Positions 1-12,312 of a stretch of DNA of 64,000 nt are shown here, piece by piece. Below the pieces are notes generated by a model. The model was not told the DNA's origin and searched no databases. It saw only the letters and a list, made by a program, of their open reading frames with translations. Position 1 is the stretch's first letter. Each line of letters starts with the position of its first letter. Source of the stretch: Eledone cirrhosa (lineage: Eukaryota); contig OZ024754.1 of the NCBI GenBank assembly GCA_964016885.1, forward strand, positions 4,402,001 to 4,466,000, in the 5' to 3' direction. The position numbers and the translations under genes were made by a program.

Positions 1-239
1 CATCTCAGGAAACTGGGTTAACTCCGATATAAAACCTGCGGCTCAGTAGTTACCGATGATGTTGATCTTTTCTTCTTTTCGGGTTATAGCTACTGTCGCT
101 CAGAGAGTGGGATTGGTTCAGTGCACAGTCTTTCCTCACTTTAAAAATATTCGTCACGCACAGGCATTGCACGAGTGCATTAATAATTATTAATAGTGTA
201 GTATTATTATTATTATTATTATTATTGTTACTATTATTA

Positions 240-275
<36 letters not shown>

Positions 276-3200
276 CCAATTCAATGATGTTCCAGAACAA
301 TGTAAACGAGATAATTGCCAATTTGGGTTCTGGAACAAAAGAGATCATTGGCAATAAGGGCAGGGGCCCCAAGTTATCACAACCTGGGCCCGCCCGTCAT
401 CGTGCCATTGTAATAGAGCCAAACAGGGCATTTAGTCTTGGCTGCTGGAACGTACGGACGCTGCTTGACGGGGATTCTTTGGAGCGTCCTGAACGAAGGA
501 CCGCTCTTGTTGCGAGGGAGCTTCGACGTTACGATCTTGACATCGTGGCTTTGTCTGAGACGAGGTTAGCTGGAGATGGTCATCTTGCGGAATTTTGTGG
601 AGAATATACATTCTTCTGGAAAGGAAGAGATGAAGGAACCAGAAGAGAGGCTGGGGTGGGATTTGCTGTTAAGACTGTACTGGTGAATAAATTAGAAGAA
701 TTCCCAGTGGGGATTAGTGAGCGTCTTATGTCCATGAGAGTTCCGCTGGACAAGGGAAGATATGCTACCCTGGTGAGTGTGTATGCTCCAACTATGAATT
801 CTGTCGATGAAGAAAAACTGTCCTTTTACCATGCCTTGAAAGGTGTTTTAAGAAATATCCCTCAGGCAGACAAAGTCATCGTGCTTGGTGACTTTAATGC
901 TAGAGTGGGTAGGGATTTTAACACATGGAATGTAATCGGAAGGCATGGGGTGGGAAAGTGTAACAGCAATGGTATGCTCTTGCTGCAGATGTGTGAGGAG
1001 CTAGATCTGTGTGTTACCAACACCATGTTCCAACAAAAGAACAAATTCAAGACCACATGGATGCATCCTGCATCTAAGGAATGGCATCTTTTGGACTACG
1101 TCCTAGTCAGGATGCGTGACAGACAGGATGTGCAGTGTGTTCGTGTTCTTCGTGGAGCTGAGTGCTGGACGGACCACCGCCTGGTGCGCGCAAAAGTGAA
1201 TCTAATCACCAAACGTAAAATCCGGGCTCCTGGTGTTACCCTGCCCAAAAGATTGAATGCTGCTCGTCTTAAGGATAAAAATGTGAAGAGGACATTGGAA
1301 GAAGAGATGCAGGCTGCAGATCTTGGTGAGGATTGGCCGACCCTTAAAAAGTCGGTTTATGATGTAGGCAGGCGTGTTCTGGGATTGGTGCAGAGAAAAC
1401 ATCAGGACTGGTTTAATGAGAATGATGTACATATAGAAGACTTGTTGGCTGATAAGAGGCGTGCTCTGTCACGCTACTTGACGGCAAAACCACAGGAGAG
1501 GAATACGTTGCATGAGGAGCTCAGGGATGTAAAATCACGTGTTAGGCGGAGTCTTTCTCAGATGAAGGATCAGTGGTGGAGTGAGAAGGCTGGTGAGATA
1601 CAAACTGCGTCTGATTGCAATAACACAAAGCTGTTGTACAGTCTCTTGCGTGAGGTTTATGGACCGTCTTCTTCTCTGGTGACACCGATTCGCAGCAGGG
1701 ATGGCAAAGAACTTCTTCGTGACTCACAGGGAATTCTACGAAGGTGGCGAGAGCACTTTGATGATCTTTTGAATCAGCCGTCTGTCGTCAGTGAAGATTT
1801 CCTCAATCTCATTCCGGAAAGTCCTGTGAAAGTAGCTCTCGCAGAACCTCCGACACTTGTGGAGGTTGCAGTGGCTATTTCGAAGCTGAACAGTGGAAGA
1901 TCTCCAGGTATGGATGGCATACATGCTGAGCTCCTACAATATGGTGGTGAGAGACTCCTGCAACATCTTCACTCTCTGTTTGGAAGGATATGGGCTAATG
2001 AATCCGTGCCTGAGGACTGGAGAGATGCAGTAATGGTGGTCTTGTACAAGGGAAAGGGTAACAGGAATGATTGTGGGAACTACAGAGGTATATCATTGCT
2101 TTCTGTCGTGGGGAAAGTTTTATGTAGGGTGCTTCTGGACCGTCTGCTGACACACATTGCAGATTGTGTCCTTCCTGAAAGTCAATCTGGTTTTCGTGTT
2201 GGACGCGGCACTACTGATATGATCTTCTCAGCTAGACAGCTCCAGGAGAAGTGCATTGAACAGGGCTTGGATCTGTATCAGGTTTTTGTCGATCTGACAA
2301 AGGCTTTCGATACTGTCAACAGAGATGCATTATGGAAGATTCTCCAGAAACTTGGTTGCCCTGATAAGTTCCTTGCTTTAGTTAGGTCTTTCCATGACGA
2401 CATGAGGGCTTGGGTTGATGTCGGAGGTAACATGTCGGAGCCTATCTCAGTAAAAAATGGAGTGAAACAGGGGGATATTCCAGCACCGACCCTGTTTGCC
2501 ATATACTTTGCAATGGTTTTCTGTGTTGCATTCAGGAATTGCGAGCATGGTGTTTACATCCGATATCGAACCTCAGGCAGCATATTTAACATCAGGCGCT
2601 TTGCTGCGAAGACAAAGGTATTTACATCGGTCATAAGAGACCTCTTGTATGCAGATGATTGCGATCTTGTAGCGCACACAGAGAGTGATATGCAGCACAT
2701 TTTGAATGTATTTTCTGACGCTTGCACTGCCCTGGGTTTGACTGTCAGTCTCAAGAAAACCGTCGTCATGTACCAACCTGCACCTGGTAGGCAGTACACT
2801 GAACCAAACATCTATGTGTATGGCAAACGACTTGGAGTGGTTGATCAGTTTGTCTACCTGGGAAGCACTGTCAATCGATACGGCAACCTTGACAGTGAAA
2901 TCTCACTTAGGATTAGGAAAGCAAGTGATGCTTTCGGAAAGCTAGAAAGGCGACTCTGGGGTCGGCGAGACATATGCAGGAGGACAAAGGTAAGGGTGTA
3001 CAGGGCATGTGTACTCTCTTGTCTTCTTTATGCCTGCGAGACCTGGGTCACATATCGACGCCACCTTAGGCAATTGGAGCGTTTCCATCAGATGTGTCTC
3101 AGACGGATACATGGCGTTCGCTGGAGGGACCACATCAGTGATGTCGAGATTTTGGAAAGCTCTATGTGTGACAGTATAGAAGCTCTTGTGCTTAAGCAGC

Positions 3201-3837
3201 GACTCCGTTGGAGTGGTCACCTTGCCAGGATGAAGGATTCTAGAATACCAAAACAACTCTTCTATGGAGAGTTGGTTAAAGGAAAACGACCGCCACATAA
3301 ACCAAAAAAGAGGTATAAGGATTCCTTGAAGGCCTCTCTGAAAGACGCTAACATCTCTGCTGATACATGGGAAAATATTGCTGCTGATCGTAATAAATGG
3401 AGAAAGACTGTATATGAGGGAAAAGTTGCCTTTGAGGCATCTCGAATCGCACACGAGAAAGTAAAGCGGGACGTGAGGAAGGGTATTGCTGTTGCACTTC
3501 CAGACGGCGAGGGTCCTCCTATGTTTCTGACATGCAGCGTCTGTGCGAGACTCTGCCTAAGCAAAGCTGGACTCGAAAGTCATCTTCGCAGTCATAAAGT
3601 AAGACCAGTGGTTGACTACCAGGCTGCTGTTGGAGATGCTACTCATCATGCTTGCCAAACATGTGGTAGAGAATGTAAATCAGCAGGAGGACTCAAGCGA
3701 CATGCAAAAGTACACGAACTCCAACCACAGCCGACTATTCCCAGTAAATGTTTTGGTTGCCGACTCTGTGCAAGACATTTTAGATCATTGGCTGGGCTAA
3801 AAAGCCACATTCGATCGCAGCACTGTTAGTTGCTATC

Positions 3838-3875
<38 letters not shown>

Positions 3876-3954
3876 GCTTATGTGCGTGCGTGTGTGTGTA
3901 TATATATATGAATATGTATATTATTGTTGTTGTTGTCGTTATTAATATTATTGC

Positions 3955-4006
<52 letters not shown>

Positions 4007-4126
4007 GTTATTAATGTATGTGTGTATATATGTGTGAGTGTATGTGTATGTATGTGTGTGTGTATATATGTATGTATGTGTATGTATGTGTGTGTATATA
4101 TATGTGTATGTATATATATATGTATA

Positions 4127-4163
<37 letters not shown>

Positions 4164-4166
4164 TTT

Positions 4167-4197
<31 letters not shown>

Positions 4198-4198
4198 C

Positions 4199-4252
<54 letters not shown>

Positions 4253-4360
4253 TTTTTTTTTTTTATTTTTTTTTATTTTATTTATTTTTTTTTTATTGTG
4301 CAATGGCCATACTCGATAACGAGGGGGCAGCCATCATGTATGTATGTATGTATGTATGTA
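1..4360 (+). mobile_element. RTE LINE copy: 5' UTR runs off the window start; 3' end motif at 4298-4337 followed by an (ATGT)n tail
   Basis: Contains the ORF above. Terminal stem-loop TGGCCATA-CTCG-ATAA-CGAG-GGGGCAGCCA precedes (ATGT)n. Both 20-170 and 4298-4337 have homologues in the element at 53748-54161. UTRs are interrupted by microsatellites (181-275, 3838-4296). Confidence 0.85.
284..3829 (+). CDS. RTE-clade non-LTR retrotransposon polyprotein: APE endonuclease + reverse transcriptase + three C-terminal C2H2 zinc fingers (1181 aa, uninterrupted)
   Basis: APE motifs WNVRTL, SETR, YAPT, GDFNARVG, LLDYVLV, TDHRLV. RT motifs QSGFR, FVDLTKAFDTV, GVKQGD, YADD, YLG. RTE-type C-terminus RLRWSGHLARM..RIPKQLFYGEL..GKR. 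Three CxxC-x12-H-x3/4-H fingers. The true start codon is uncertain. Confidence 0.96.
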   Translation: MMFQNNVNEIIANLGSGTKEIIGNKGRGPKLSQPGPARHRAIVIEPNRAFSLGCWNVRTLLDGDSLERPERRTALVARELRRYDLDIVALSETRLAGDGHLAEFCGEYTFFWKGRDEGTRREAGVGFAVKTVLVNKLEEFPVGISERLMSMRVPLDKGRYATLVSVYAPTMNSVDEEKLSFYHALKGVLRNIPQADKVIVLGDFNARVGRDFNTWNVIGRHGVGKCNSNGMLLLQMCEELDLCVTNTMFQQKNKFKTTWMHPASKEWHLLDYVLVRMRDRQDVQCVRVLRGAECWTDHRLVRAKVNLITKRKIRAPGVTLPKRLNAARLKDKNVKRTLEEEMQAADLGEDWPTLKKSVYDVGRRVLGLVQRKHQDWFNENDVHIEDLLADKRRALSRYLTAKPQERNTLHEELRDVKSRVRRSLSQMKDQWWSEKAGEIQTASDCNNTKLLYSLLREVYGPSSSLVTPIRSRDGKELLRDSQGILRRWREHFDDLLNQPSVVSEDFLNLIPESPVKVALAEPPTLVEVAVAISKLNSGRSPGMDGIHAELLQYGGERLLQHLHSLFGRIWANESVPEDWRDAVMVVLYKGKGNRNDCGNYRGISLLSVVGKVLCRVLLDRLLTHIADCVLPESQSGFRVGRGTTDMIFSARQLQEKCIEQGLDLYQVFVDLTKAFDTVNRDALWKILQKLGCPDKFLALVRSFHDDMRAWVDVGGNMSEPISVKNGVKQGDIPAPTLFAIYFAMVFCVAFRNCEHGVYIRYRTSGSIFNIRRFAAKTKVFTSVIRDLLYADDCDLVAHTESDMQHILNVFSDACTALGLTVSLKKTVVMYQPAPGRQYTEPNIYVYGKRLGVVDQFVYLGSTVNRYGNLDSEISLRIRKASDAFGKLERRLWGRRDICRRTKVRVYRACVLSCLLYACETWVTYRRHLRQLERFHQMCLRRIHGVRWRDHISDVEILESSMCDSIEALVLKQRLRWSGHLARMKDSRIPKQLFYGELVKGKRPPHKPKKRYKDSLKASLKDANISADTWENIAADRNKWRKTVYEGKVAFEASRIAHEKVKRDVRKGIAVALPDGEGPPMFLTCSVCARLCLSKAGLESHLRSHKVRPVVDYQAAVGDATHHACQTCGRECKSAGGLKRHAKVHELQPQPTIPSKCFGCRLCARHFRSLAGLKSHIRSQHC

Positions 4361-5206
4361 TATACAAACAGTTTGATAGATTTATAGATAGATAGATGGA
4401 TGGATGGAGAAAGGGATAAATGGATTGATGGATGGGTGGATGGATATATAGATAAATATATAGATGGATAAATATATAGATGGATAAATAGATGGATGGA
4501 ATAATGGATAGATATATAGATAAATATATAGATGGATAAATAGATGGATAAATAGATGGATGGATGGAATAATGGATAGATGGATGAAGGGATAAAGGGA
4601 TTGATGGGTGAGTGGATAGATATATAGATAGATATCTAGATGGATAAATAGATGGATGGGTGGAGTATTGACCTGCGATTAATTAGTTAAATTCGTATTT
4701 ACAATTACTTGATAAGCACGTGACCTAACCACGTGACTGGTCAAAAGAGTGTCTGCCTCTAAATGAATTATCGTTGTTTATACAACAATAGGTAGCAATA
4801 ACTGCAAAACAGCTATACAGAATTACATAAACTGAACAACCATAGAAAAACACACACATCAACGCAATGCCACAAATACATCAACACGACAAATACATCA
4901 ACACAATAACCCTATAGTATTCACGATGACCACACTACATAGAAATACACCCTGACAGACACACCATTGTTGTTGACCTTCCATCGGTTCAGACCACAGG
5001 GGTTATAGTTAAATTAATTGCTAGAACAACCAGCTCGTGATATTAACGTGCATATGGCTGAGTATTCCACAAACATGTGCATTCTTACATTATAGTCCCA
5101 CATCCATTCATTTCAAACTGCTTTCGAAAATATCATGAAACCAGTTAATTTAATGTAAATAAACCTTCATAAAAAGTCTAAATGCATTTTCAACTCATGT
5201 ATATGT

Positions 5207-5297
5207 AAAGAGTAAGGACCCCGACGGCTGAGCTCCAGCCGTTTCGACAGCTAGATCCAAGTACCTTGGTGGGTTATGGTCCACCTCATATCTTACC
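5207..5297. mobile_element. Family A (hammerhead-bearing, putative Penelope-like pLTR) fragment: inverted half-ribozyme joined to distal tail
   Basis: GACCCCGACGGCTGAGCTCCAGCCGTTTCGACAGCTAG and AGTACCTTGGTGGGTTATGGTCCA match the copies at 12.3, 34.2 and 58.8 kb; abuts (TA)n. Confidence 0.65.
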
Positions 5298-5298
5298 A

Positions 5299-5338
<40 letters not shown>

Positions 5339-5485
5339 AATATATACATATATACATATATATATACATATATATAAATATATACATATATATATACATA
5401 TATATAAATATATACATATATACATATATATATACATATATATATATATAAATATATACATATATATATACATATATATATACAT

Positions 5486-5572
<87 letters not shown>

Positions 5573-6028
5573 CATATATATACATATACATATATATATA
5601 CATATATATATATACATATATACATATATATATACATATATATATATACATATATACATATACATATATACATATATATATACATATATATATATAAATA
5701 TATACATATATATATACATATATACATACATATATATATATATATATACATATATATATACATATATACATATATATATACATATATATATATATACATA
5801 TATATACATATATACATATATATACATATATATACATATATACATATATATATACATATATACATATATATATACATATATACATATATACATATATATA
5901 TACATATATACATATATATCTACATATATACATATATATATACATATACATATATATATACATATATATATACATATATATATATATACATATATATCTA
6001 CATATATACATATACATATATATATATA
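5298..6028. repeat. (TA)n/(TACA)n compound microsatellite
   Basis: Direct inspection. Confidence 0.95.
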
Positions 6029-6262
6029 TTAATAAAAGGAATTCCAACTTTGTCTGATTTACTCGTTTTATTTACAATCCTTTAAAATTTATAATGGTAT
6101 TAGAATGAAATAGTATGGTAGAATATTAAATTAATTGAACACTTCAATTAATACTTAACATTTAATATTCTACCATACTATTTCATTCTAATACCATTAT
6201 AAATTTTAAAGGATTGTAAATAAAACGAGTAAATCAGACAAAGTTGGAATTCCTTTTATTAA
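6029..6262. repeat. Near-perfect inverted repeat, ~103-bp arms with a 28-bp spacer
   Basis: 6029-6131 is the reverse complement of 6160-6262; preceded by (TA)n. Confidence 0.92.
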
Positions 6263-6297
6263 TATAATCTTCTATACACAATCATACACACCCGTGT

Positions 6298-6434
<137 letters not shown>

Positions 6435-6479
6435 GGAATACTGTTGGCTTCTTGCTTACAACAATTTCTATACTTTTCA

Positions 6480-6532
<53 letters not shown>

Positions 6533-6651
6533 ACATATAGATATAGGATTATTAGTATTATTATTTTCGTTATATTCTTCCCTTTTATAGGTTTTCAGCT
6601 AAATCCACTTACCCTCAGGGATCTTCTTGTAAGATAAATTATCATATTTAT

Positions 6652-6696
<45 letters not shown>

Positions 6697-7257
6697 CACT
6701 ACTAGTGCGGTGTATTCTTATAATGAGTATTTATTACAATTACTCATCCCTTTGGTGATAACCCCCTTATTTTTACTCAATGTAACCCCCACGTAGTGCT
6801 CCTTTTGTCCCTCATTCCCTCCACCCAATTACTTAGGCCCTTGTGGCCAATAAAACAAACCTTTATTTCTACAAGAGAAAGAAAGAAGAGGGTACTAGAG
6901 GTAAAAGACGACATCACAAAAAAAAACACAAAAAAAACAAGGACAAGGCAGGCCAGTTGGGTGGATATAGAAATAAAAGGGGGTGGCATTGTAAACACTA
7001 TTGACCAGTGTCCAGTTTCTCTGTTGACCACGCCTGTATAGCTGGTGTTAATTTTCTGTTAGCGGGAGTTTAGACAGTTGACACGCCATTTCCTTGCAGT
7101 CGGCAACAATGCAGCTGACATCGGCAGAAGGAGGAACACGCATTCATATATACATGCATATATAATGCATGTATCATACACATACACAAATATGCACTGG
7201 TGCGCATATGTCTTTATGCACCTCGTCCCTCTTTCACTATATATCTATATATATATA

Positions 7258-7435
7258 TAATTGTTTCTACTTTAGGCACAAGGCCAGCAAATACCCAGTT
7301 CATTACTGGTACTTTATTTTATCGACCCCGTAAGGATGAAAGGCAAAGTCAACCTCGGCGGGATTTGAACTCAGATCGTAAAGGGACGTAACTATGCTGG
7401 AAAGCATGGCGTCCGACCCTCTACCGATACTGCCA

Positions 7436-7436
<1 letters not shown>
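7258..7436 (-). mobile_element. tRNA-derived SINE family B
   Basis: A-box-like TGGCAGTATCGG and B box GAGTTCAAATCCC on the minus strand; body CTTTGCCTTTCATCCTTACGGGGTCGATAAAATAAAGTACCAGT repeated more than 10 times in the window. Confidence 0.88.
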
Positions 7437-7469
<33 letters not shown>

Positions 7470-7709
7470 ATTTAGGTTTAGTCTTACACCACCAAACAAC
7501 TCCATGTGTATATGTTGTTGTATTTAATGTATGTATATACTTATGGATATACATCGTTGTGTGGTGATTATATATATATATACAACGATGTATATCCATA
7601 ACTATATATATACATTAATACAACAATATATACACATGGAGTTGTTTGGTGGTGTAACACTAAACCTAAATATACATACATATATATATATATACAAACA
7701 TTTATATGT

Positions 7710-7750
<41 letters not shown>

Positions 7751-7754
<4 letters not shown>

Positions 7755-7954
7755 GATCGATCGATTTCGTCAAATCGGACCGAGGAAACAATGTTTCCGT
7801 TGGTCTTTCCAGTTGTTAGTACTATCTATCGGTCGCAACTCCAGGTAGACGGAGCAACGTGAAATAAAGTGTCTTGCTCAAGGACATAACGCATTGCCTG
7901 GTCCAGGGATCGAACTCACAACTTCACGGTTGTGAATATCAAATTCTCTAACCA

Positions 7955-7957
<3 letters not shown>
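7751..7957 (-). mobile_element. tRNA-derived SINE family C with CORE-like central domain
   Basis: B box GAGTTCGATCCC; GTCCTTGAGCAAGACACTTTATTTCACGTTGCTC resembles the CORE-SINE domain; homologous to 45406-45810 and 55249-55479. Confidence 0.8.
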
Positions 7958-8007
<50 letters not shown>

Positions 8008-8035
8008 TGCTCACATTAATTTCTCTACTTTCATT

Positions 8036-8067
<32 letters not shown>

Positions 8068-8107
8068 TATCATAATATTAATAAATATAGACATTCATGT
8101 AATCAAA

Positions 8108-8180
8108 ATATATTTTATTATATATATTTCGGAGGTACTGTGCTGTTTTTTTTAGTACGTCCTCATCAGATAAAATATAT
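8108..8180 (-). ncRNA. Type I minimal hammerhead ribozyme with intact core
   Basis: Minus strand: ATATATTTTAT-CTGATGA-GGACGTACT...AGTACCTCC-GAAA-TATATA-TA^ATAAAATATAT. 11-bp stem I and palindromic stem III, as in Penelope-associated hammerheads. Confidence 0.85.
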
Positions 8181-8881
8181 AAATTGAAGTATGACATACC
8201 TCAACTGTGCTGATGATTCAAATCCAGTCTTGGCATTGATTAATCAATGAACCTTGTTTAACTTTTGGTCATATATATATGTGTGTGTGTGTGTGTGTGT
8301 TTGTACACTTATAAATACATACATACAAATACATAAATATATATATATATATGTATATATATATATGTATATATATATATCCATATGCATATGCATAGAT
8401 AAATGTATATAGACTCATACATATACCTATACATTTACACATATATATCTATACATATACATACATATATATTTACACATATGTATACATATATATTTAC
8501 ACACATATATACATATATATTTTCACACACATATATATATATATATATACAGACATATATATTTACACATATACATATATATATATATATATATTTACAC
8601 ATATATATATATATATATACATATATATTTACACATATATATATATATATATACATATACACACATATATATTTACACATGTATATACATATCCATACAT
8701 ATATATACATACATAATCAAATATGGGATATGTCAGACGTAAGCAGTCATATGTAAGATGAGAGAGATACACAAGACTGGGAATATCAGAGAAAAGTCTT
8801 AAGAAAGCAATAAGCATTTACAATATCCTCCATCTTGGCATACAATTGTTTCCATTGGTTTGTGAAAACTAACATACACAT

Positions 8882-8960
<79 letters not shown>

Positions 8961-8993
8961 AAAATGCCGTTTCGGCGGCTATTTCTGGACTAC

Positions 8994-9027
<34 letters not shown>

Positions 9028-9072
9028 AAAAATTGAACGGGAACAAAACAAAGAGGCAGTACGAACAATATA

Positions 9073-9157
<85 letters not shown>

Positions 9158-9159
9158 TA

Positions 9160-9189
<30 letters not shown>

Positions 9190-9190
<1 letters not shown>

Positions 9191-9299
9191 ACGAAGGAAA
9201 TGTGGTAAGGAACCAGATGGACCATAACGCACCAAAGTACTCAATACTTAGGGTAGTAGAGTGGGTAATAGGAACGAGTAGGTGCTACTCGTTCCTATA
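9190..9299 (-). mobile_element. Family A tail with terminal fold-back hairpin
   Basis: Family A tail ending ATAGGAACGAGTAG-gtg-CTACTCGTTCCTAT; (TA)n on both sides. Confidence 0.75.
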
Positions 9300-10367
9300 T
9301 ATATATATATATATATATGCCTGTGTGTCTACGTGTGTGTGTGTGTGCATATCTATGTGTCTGTGTGTGTCTGTGTCTATGTGTGTCTATGTGTGTGTAT
9401 GTGTGTCTGTGTGTATATCTTTGTGGGTCTAAGTGTGTCTAAGTGTGTGTGTGTGTGTGTGTGCATGTCTGTGTATGTGTGTGTCTGTGAATATGTGTGT
9501 GTGTGTATATGTGTGTGTGTCTGTGTCTATGTGTGTGTGTGTGTTAGACATCCGTACGTTGTCGGAAGAAAACATATCGGATTAGTTTATTTCATTTGGA
9601 GAAATTCACTTTCTTCTTTGCATCCGTTCTACACATACACACACACATAGACACACACACACACACGCATACCACACACACATACCACACACAAACAGAC
9701 ACACACACACAAACACACCACACACACACAAACAGACACACATACACACACAAATACACAAACACACACACACATACCACACACAAACATACCACATACA
9801 CACACACAAACAGACACACACACTTGAACACAAACACACACACACAAACAAACAAACAACAAACACACATACCACACACACAAACACAAACACACACACT
9901 CAAACACACTCACACACAAATACACACATATACACACAGATGATTCGAGAACAAATCCATGCTTTAATAAACATGGATTACTAGCAGGAGACCTGCACGC
10001 TCCATTAATCCGCTCTCATGTCTAATGCTTTCATTTAGCCATAAATCGCAGATAAGACGACCATGCAACAATGAGGTTATTTTATGGCTTAGCTCCTTCA
10101 ATCGCCCAATGTCTGACCCTTCACCAAAACATCCCACACTCATCAACAGCCCAAACCTTCTAGTAATATAATATACATGATGTGGTTATGTGTGTGTGTA
10201 TGTGTGTAAGTGTGTGTGTAATTGCGTATCATTTGTATAGGCGACTGTATGCACATACACACATGCATGCATGCACACACGAAAGCGCTCGCGCGAGCAT
10301 ACAAACATGTACATAGCCATACGTATAAACGTACACAAATATACATAGATGGATATGTGTATATATA

Positions 10368-10406
<39 letters not shown>

Positions 10407-10504
10407 GTGCGTATATATATATATATATATATATACATATATACGCACATATATATACATAAATATATACACACATATATACATATACATACATATATAC
10501 GCAC

Positions 10505-10542
<38 letters not shown>

Positions 10543-11339
10543 TTACATATATATATATATAAACTATGTTTCCATGCATGCACACATATGTATGTGTGAG
10601 AGTGTATATGTGCGTTTGTGTGCACGTCTTTTTACCACCCATTTTCTGGAAAAGGACTTTTAGAGAGAGAGTGTCAGAGAGAAAGAGGGAGAGAGAGAGG
10701 GGGAGGGAGAGGGAGGGGGAGAGGGGGATGATAAAGCCCATGTAACATGTGTTACCGATGAGAACATTTCAGTATTTATGTGAGTGTGTGAGTGACTGTG
10801 AGTGTATGTGTCTGTGTGTGGTTGTCTGTGTGTGTGTGAGTGTCTGAGTGTGAGTGTCTGAGTTTGTGTGAGTGTGTGTGTGTGTGTGTGTGTCTGTGTG
10901 TAAGTGTGTGTGTGTCTGAGTGTCTGTGAATGAGTGTGTGAGAGTGTGTGTGTGTGTGTGTCACCAATTTCTACATGTGTAGATTTATAAGAAACGAATT
11001 TTAAACTAGAATCATAGAGATATATAGATAAACATGGTGTGGGATCGAACCTAGAACCTCATGACAGCCAAGTTACCACCGGTAACCACTGACTCAAGCC
11101 TCTGTCCACTGAGAGGTAATAGATGTAAGCTCTATATGACGCTATTGTATCTATTAACATTTCTTTAATTCGTGTTTGTTCCTCGTCAGTAGCTGTAATC
11201 TAGATAAACACAATACATTATACATATTCTAGCAGCTAAGTGTTTGCCAAATATATATTTTATCAGCAGAAGAGGATGATGACAATAGCTGAACAACGCT
11301 AGAGAACAACAACAATGACAAGAAAAACTACAACAATAG

Positions 11340-11760
11340 CAACAACAACGAAAAGAAAGAAAGATAAAAAGAAGCAAAAGAAGAAAAAGAAAATGAAGAG
11401 AAAGAAAAATTAAAAAAATAAAATGAAGACAAAGAAAAAGAAAAAGAAAAAGAAGGAAAAGAAGAAGAAGAAGAAGAAGAAGAAGAAGAAGAAAAAGAAG
11501 AAGAAAAGAAAAAGAAAAAGAAAAAGAAGAAAAAGAAGAAAAAGAAGAAAAAGAAAAAGAAAAAGAAAAAGAAAAAGAAAAAGAACAAGAAGAAAAAGAA
11601 AAAGAAGAAGAAAAGAAAAAGAAAAAGAAAAAGTAAAAGAGAAAGAAAAAGAAAAAGAAGAAGAAGAAAGAGAAGGCAAAGAAGTAAAGGAAGGAAAAGA
11701 AGAAAAGTACCAAGAAGAAGAACAAGAAGAAGAAGAAGAAGAAGAAGAAGAAGGATAAGA
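11340..11760. repeat. (GAA)n/(GAAAAA)n purine-rich simple repeat
   Basis: Direct inspection. Confidence 0.92.
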
Positions 11761-12128
11761 AGATCATCCAAACTATGATAATAAAACGTCTCTCTCTCTC
11801 TCTCCTACCACGAACCTATACTGTACATGTCTTAATATATCTCACGTTATCTAACAGATCCTAACTACGAATGATATTGAAGTGAAGGAGATGTAATAAG
11901 ACGTTGATAGCAAGAGAAATATATGAACAGAGACAAGACTGGAGCGGGGACATAGCAATTAGAATTAATTGTTATGTAAACATCTTTCTGAGGAGCGAGA
12001 ATATTTTAATTTACAGACTGTGAGCGCGCATACATGTGTGGCTATGTAGGTATGTATGTGTATGTATGTTTATATATATATGTGTGTGTGTGTGTGTGTC
12101 TCTGTAGAAGCCATTTCTATATTAAATA

Positions 12129-12166
<38 letters not shown>

Positions 12167-12179
12167 ACAAAGAGGGTGT

Positions 12180-12288
12180 ACCCCCTGAGAAGTTCAGCTA
12201 GATTCCCACCGTTCTAATACTGCTGGGTTAGTTCGGATCTAGCTGTCGAAGCGGCCGGAGCTCAGCCGTCGGAATCCTGAATCTTTTC
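12180..12288 (+). ncRNA. Degenerate full-length family A hammerhead
   Basis: ACCCC-CTGAGAA-..CAGCTAGAT...ATCTAGCTGTC-GAAG-CGGCC-GGAGCTC-AGCCG-TC-GGAATCC; core nucleotides mutated. Confidence 0.55.
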
Positions 12289-12312
12289 ATACATACATAC
12301 ATATATATATAT

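Noticed and set aside
862-3564. Antisense ORFs within the LINE
   Set aside because: Shadow frames of the RTE ORF.
7258-7436. tRNA genes at the SINE heads
   Set aside because: A/B boxes are present but I found no complete cloverleaf; they continue into repeated SINE bodies with TSDs.
11186-11771. Poly-K/R/E and poly-F/L/S ORFs (also at 32.6 and 49.0 kb)
   Set aside because: Simple (GAA)n repeats.
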